Of a stretch of 64,000 bases of DNA, positions 62,926 to 64,000 are shown one piece after another (position 1 is the stretch's first letter; every line of letters starts with the position of its first letter). The DNA is from Methanomassiliicoccaceae archaeon UBA472 (lineage in GTDB: Archaea; Thermoplasmatota; Thermoplasmata; Methanomassiliicoccales; UBA472), in contig DAML01000026.1 in the NCBI GenBank assembly GCA_002497075.1, positions 276-64,275 on the forward strand. Direction: 5' to 3'. The translations under genes and the position numbers were made by a program. A model generated the notes under the pieces. It had not been told where the DNA came from, ran no database searches, and saw nothing but the letters and a program-made list of their open reading frames with translations.

Positions 62926-64000
62926 TTGGGAGAACAAGTCATCTCGTTGGCGGCTAAGGGAGATACCAAGGAAATAGGCGGGAAGGCCCGCAACCTGATG
63001 GACCTGATGGCCGCAGGGTTCCCGGTGCCGGAGGGATGGGTGGTCAGCACCGCGGCCTATGAGCAGTTCCTGGACAGGAACGGCCTGAGGCAGCGCATCT
63101 CTGACGCGCTCAATGGCCTGGATCATAAGGACGCGGTCAAGGTGGTCCGCTGCGCCGAAAGCATACGCGGCTGGATGATGGCCGGAGAGATGGACCCCGA
63201 GCTTGCGGAACGGCTTACCGAGGAGACCGCTAACTTCGGACCTTCCGGACTGTGGGCGGTGCGTTCCTCGGCGATAGCGGAAGATCTTGAGCAGGCCTCC
63301 TTCGCCGGTCAGCAGGACACTTACCTTAACGTGACCAGGGAGAGGCTGGCCGAGAGCGTTAAGAAATGCTGGGCCTCCTACTGGAACGACCGGGCCATAG
63401 AGTACCGCCACGACAAGGGCGTAGGCCATCTTGACACCGGCATGGCGGTGGTCGTGCAGCACATGGTGAACGCCGATTCCTCGGGGATCATGTTCACCTC
63501 CGACCCCATCACCGGCGAGGAGATCATCGTGATCGAATCCAGCTGGGGACTGGGCGAGTCGATTGCCTCCGGTCTGGTGACGCCGGACCGCTTCGTCTGC
63601 GACGCCTCCACGGGAGAGGTCGAGGAGTCCAAGATCAACAGCAAGTCCCAGGCGATCTTCCTTTCCCCGGAAGGGGAGAAGGTGGTGGACGTGCCCGAAT
63701 CGGAGCGCAGCCGGCCGTCGCTGACCAAAGGAAAGGTGGAGCTGGTTGCGAAACTGGGCATTCAGCTGCACAAGCATATGGGATCCCCCCAGGACATCGA
63801 GTGGGCGGCGGAGGGCGACAAGATCTATCTGTTGCAGTCCCGGCCGATCACCACCATCGGCGGGGACCTGACCCTCTGGACCCGCGGATATGGCGACGAA
63901 TATTGGGCGGACGTTACGTCGCCGCTGTTCTTCTCGATACTGGGACCGTGGCTGACCCAGTACGTCAACTGGGAGGGCAGCGCCATCATGGGGTACCGCG
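62926..64000 (+). CDS. PEP synthase / pyruvate phosphate dikinase-type ATP-grasp (PPDK_N) protein; 3' end beyond the window
   Basis: My own translation in the frame of codon 62959 reads ...KGDTKEIGGKARNLMDLMAAGFPVPEGWVVSTAAYEQF...WAVRSSAIAEDLEQASFAGQQDTYLNV...MAVVVQHMVNADSSGIMFTSDP...DIEWAAEGDKIYLLQSRPITT. There is no in-frame ATG upstream of the GGKARNL motif, so the TTG at 62926 is a guess. It is not in the ORF track because it has no stop in the window. Confidence 0.8.
   Translation, partial: MGEQVISLAAKGDTKEIGGKARNLMDLMAAGFPVPEGWVVSTAAYEQFLDRNGLRQRISDALNGLDHKDAVKVVRCAESIRGWMMAGEMDPELAERLTEETANFGPSGLWAVRSSAIAEDLEQASFAGQQDTYLNVTRERLAESVKKCWASYWNDRAIEYRHDKGVGHLDTGMAVVVQHMVNADSSGIMFTSDPITGEEIIVIESSWGLGESIASGLVTPDRFVCDASTGEVEESKINSKSQAIFLSPEGEKVVDVPESERSRPSLTKGKVELVAKLGIQLHKHMGSPQDIEWAAEGDKIYLLQSRPITTIGGDLTLWTRGYGDEYWADVTSPLFFSILGPWLTQYVNWEGSAIMGYR

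Overview
The window is a densely coded, high-GC (about 60% by eye) archaeal chromosome segment. The archaeal signal comes from the type II GAPDH, the RpoN-S9-L13-L18e cluster with tRNA-Pro, leaderless-looking TATA promoters and an AGT-EndoV fusion gene. I infer a Thermoplasmata/Methanomassiliicoccales-like organism, but I ran no search to confirm it. Most of the window is housekeeping:
- glycolysis (gap, pgk)
- a complete DapL-type lysine operon
- Trk potassium uptake
- UDP-GlcNAc synthesis
- NAD kinase
- thiL, bioY and folP

The stand-out is a four-gene minus-strand operon at 49590-51913. It encodes a ThiF-type E1, an 81-aa ubiquitin-like protein ending GG-NR, a canonical UBC-fold E2 (HPN...C motif) and an MPN+/JAMM (Rpn11-like) protease. 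This is an E2-dependent, eukaryote-type ubiquitylation cassette rather than the usual archaeal SAMP/UbaA arrangement.

Other loci worth a second look:
- a LuxE/LuxC/SDR/MenA-like prenyltransferase/radical-SAM cluster (1091-6693)
- a ppk1 / CHAD-phosphoesterase-HD fusion / ppx polyphosphate operon
- a 1723-aa beta-helix surface protein
- a translationally coupled LarA plus CCG iron-sulfur pair
- a nitroreductase / AGT-EndoV / unknown operon
- a low-GC trkAH island

I found no CRISPR arrays, transposases or integrases. All calls rest on reading the ORF translations and the sequence by eye, and start codons are approximate.
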